Below the pieces are notes generated by a model, which saw only the letters and a list, made by a program, of their open reading frames with translations, was not told the DNA's origin and ran no database searches. This document shows positions 61,376 to 64,000 of a DNA stretch of 64,000 nucleotides, piece by piece (the stretch's first letter is position 1; each line of letters begins with the position of its first letter). The translations under genes were made by a program, and so were the position numbers. Source of the DNA: Sphyrna mokarran (taxonomy: Eukaryota); assembly GCA_024679065.1 (NCBI GenBank), contig JAGIQG010000009.1, forward strand, positions 107,260,001 through 107,324,000. The letters run 5' to 3'.

Positions 61376-61422
61376 ATTCCTCATAGAATAAAAGTGGCAC
61401 TCGAGTGGATTCCACAAACACG
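61376..61422 (+). CDS. Gene C candidate cytoplasmic exon containing an early TAG
   Basis: Acceptor attacttcactacag and donor ACG|gtaaag. Phase 1 reads (D)SS*NKSGTRVDSTNT with the stop at 61384-61386. Confidence 0.45.
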
Positions 61423-61499
61423 GTAAAGCTAATTTCCGGAGCTTCCTGAGTCTATTTTTGAGTCTACTCTTCCTGAGTCTCAGAGTCTACCTCTGAGTG

Positions 61500-61729
61500 G
61501 ATATCAGAGGTAGGTTCTTTATCCAAAGGTGGTTCGGGAGTGGAATGCCCTGCCTGCGGCAGTTGTAGATGCGCCAAGTTTGGTGGCGTTTAAGAGGTTA
61601 GTTGATAAGTATATGGAAGAGAAGGGAATGGTTTAGTTTGGAGGGGCATTGCTTTTTATATTGGTCGGCGCAACATCGAAGGCCGAAGGGCCTGTTCTGT
61701 GCTGTAATGTTCTATGTTCTATGTTCTAT
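61500..61729 (+). mobile_element. CR1 3' end with (ttctatg)n tail
   Basis: QRWFGSGMP-like/WNALP 3' end followed by tandem tail. Confidence 0.75.
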
Positions 61730-62904
61730 TTAAACAAGTCTTTGTTAACCAAAGTCTCAATACTTAGATTTTTTTCAATTTAAAAAGGATTTGGAAATGG
61801 AAGATGCGAACAATGACAGCGATTTACACAGGTATGAGATTGCACCATTGTGTAAGCAATCAAAGATGTATTAAAAAAACAGGGAAAAAGGAGTGCTTAT
61901 TAGTTCAGAAGTCGACTCCGATTGGCCAAAACGTTGTCATGGAGAAAACAACGCGAATAGAGGCGACGGAAGCTCGTCGGTATCCAAAATAAATGTACCA
62001 GGCTCAATATCTTCAGTTTCTTTTGCAGAGAATGAGTTCCTATTTATGAATGTGTGGCACTTGCAATAAGCTTAACTGAGCCATGCTAGGAGCTCGATTG
62101 GTTATCCTTACTCGTAATGTTTATTTGAAATGATGTACATTCGTATATAGGGAGCACTCTCAGTAAAGAGGGAGTTTAATTGCTCACTTGTCACCTCCAT
62201 GATCGCACCGCAATTTTTCTGTAGAGGGGGCAAGTCCTGGCCTCGTTTTAATTGAGGTCCTTCGTTAATCAATTGAGCCTTTTCCTACCGTGCCTCATTT
62301 TTCTGTGCCTCCTGATCCGGGAGCGTCATTCGGTGTCTCTCATTCTGATCCAAGATGAAGGCGTCTCTTTGGATTTGTTACCACAAATTATTGGAACCAA
62401 CTGATGGCGAATGGGTATGTTGCAGACAATTCACTTTAAGGTAAACAGGGGGAATCACTTACAAATGAGTAACCTGAACAGCATTAAAGATGGAACAATA
62501 AAACCCCTGCTGACTGAAAAGAGTACACTGTTAGAGAACGGGTAGGCATTGGGGGCAAAAAATATGCTCTTGATAATGACCAATTGAGTACTCAAGTTTG
62601 GATTTACAAGAGCAAGACGAGTAAAGCAAATTAACTTAAACACGGAACAATGATGCACAAGAACCAAAAAGCTCTCATTTTCATTGTGGCCAATGCCCCC
62701 GATATGAAAGGAAGCATTTTGCTTCATACCTTGACCGGTTTACTTTTTTTGCTTCTAACAAACTCAGTACTGATGGTGACTTGGCACTGTTTCGGTTGTT
62801 GCTGCTTCAATGTTGCTACATGGAGACTGAAGATTCTGCGTTATATTCCCGTGCGCACTTCTCTGCTGCAATGATCCGTTTCTCTACCACTGATGTAACT
62901 TGGG

Positions 62905-63398
62905 TTAACATCCCAGGAATGAAGGGTTTGTCGTATGAGGAGAGGTTAAGGGGCATCGGTCTGTACCCGATTGAGTTTAGAAAGATGAGGGGGGATCTAA
63001 TTGAAATTTACAGAATACCGAGAGAGTGGACTTGGATAGGATGCCTCACTCTGATCTAAGACGAAGGCGTCTCTTTGAATTTGTTACCACAAATTAGGAG
63101 AGTAGGAGAGACTAGAACTCGAGGGCACAACCTCAGAGTGAAGGGATGCTCCTTTAAAACTGAGATGAGGAGGAATTTCTTCAGCCAGAAGGTGCTGTGA
63201 AACTCATTGCTATAGAGGAGGCCAGGTCCTTGAGTGCCTTTAAGACAGAAATAGAGGGGATCTTGATCAATAAGGGGATTAAGAGTTACGGGTGAAAGCA
63301 GGAGAATGGGGCTGAGAATCATATTAGCCATGGTTGAATGGTAGAGCAGACTCAATGGGCTGAATGATCTAATCCTGTTCCTCTACCTTATGATCTTA
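62905..63398 (+). mobile_element. CR1 3' fragment
   Basis: IPGMKGLSYEERLR...FRKMRGDLIE and a typical 3' UTR. Confidence 0.85.
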
Positions 63399-64000
63399 TT
63401 ACAGACATAAATTATGAACAACGAGGAGCAAAGGGACAAGTTCAATAATGAACAGTGTTCAGGACTCTGGCAGGAAAGTGATACGGTGGAGGCCTCCATT
63501 AGCAGCATCCTCTTAACAACAAGCGTCTGCCCTGCCTCCCGAATTATGTTTGCCCCCTGCAGGTCCTCCCCATCTCCTGCATCCCATTCTCCTACCGTCT
63601 TTCCACTGACAACCTAGCCCACCTCAAGATAAACCCTCCCATCCCGAAAATCGCGTCCCAGGTCTGAAATATAAAAAAGAATGACTAACCTTCAATACTA
63701 CTTACGGAAGTTGCCACGGAAATAATCACATTTTTACTTTTCCTTTCCTAACAGGAAATAGGATATTTGCTGCTTCCTCTAACAGCTACTGACGTGTTGG
63801 GAACATAGCAGTACATAGATCCATAGCTGACCAATCAAGATTGAGTAAGAAGTCTCACAGAGCCAGTCAATAATCTTTACATGCACAGAATGTTTCTACA
63901 AGCTAACATAAAGGCTATTTTGATGGAGTGACCAATTATAATTTTTCCTTCTTTAAATATAAAATGTATTGGGGTCGCTATGCATAAAAGCAAAATACTG

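Overview
This is eukaryotic, repeat-rich vertebrate DNA, almost certainly from an elasmobranch (shark). The evidence is HE1-type tRNA SINEs, SacSINE1-like Deu-domain SINEs, CR1 and L2 LINE relics, Penelope-like relics and a decayed Gypsy element. Most ORFs in the supplied track are repeat-derived noise. Reading splice signals by hand reveals a cluster of small-exon type I membrane receptor genes that the ORF track largely misses. Gene A (+, 5' end outside the window) has an uncharged TM exon at 1408-1530, three cytoplasmic micro-exons and a probable basic terminal exon. Gene B (-, 39172 to 27440) has a leader, a germline-joined VJ-type Ig domain resembling NKp30/NCR3, an uncharged TM and a tail ending in the ITSM TEYATI; its internal tail exons are not fully resolved. 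Gene C (+, 53703 to about 61422) has a leader and an Arg-containing, NKp30-style activating TM with a very short tail, but I found no Ig exon between them. The layout resembles a paired inhibitory/activating NCR3-family cluster, with a canonical CTCF motif between the convergent genes A and B. All exon joins are manual predictions, and repeat boundaries are approximate.
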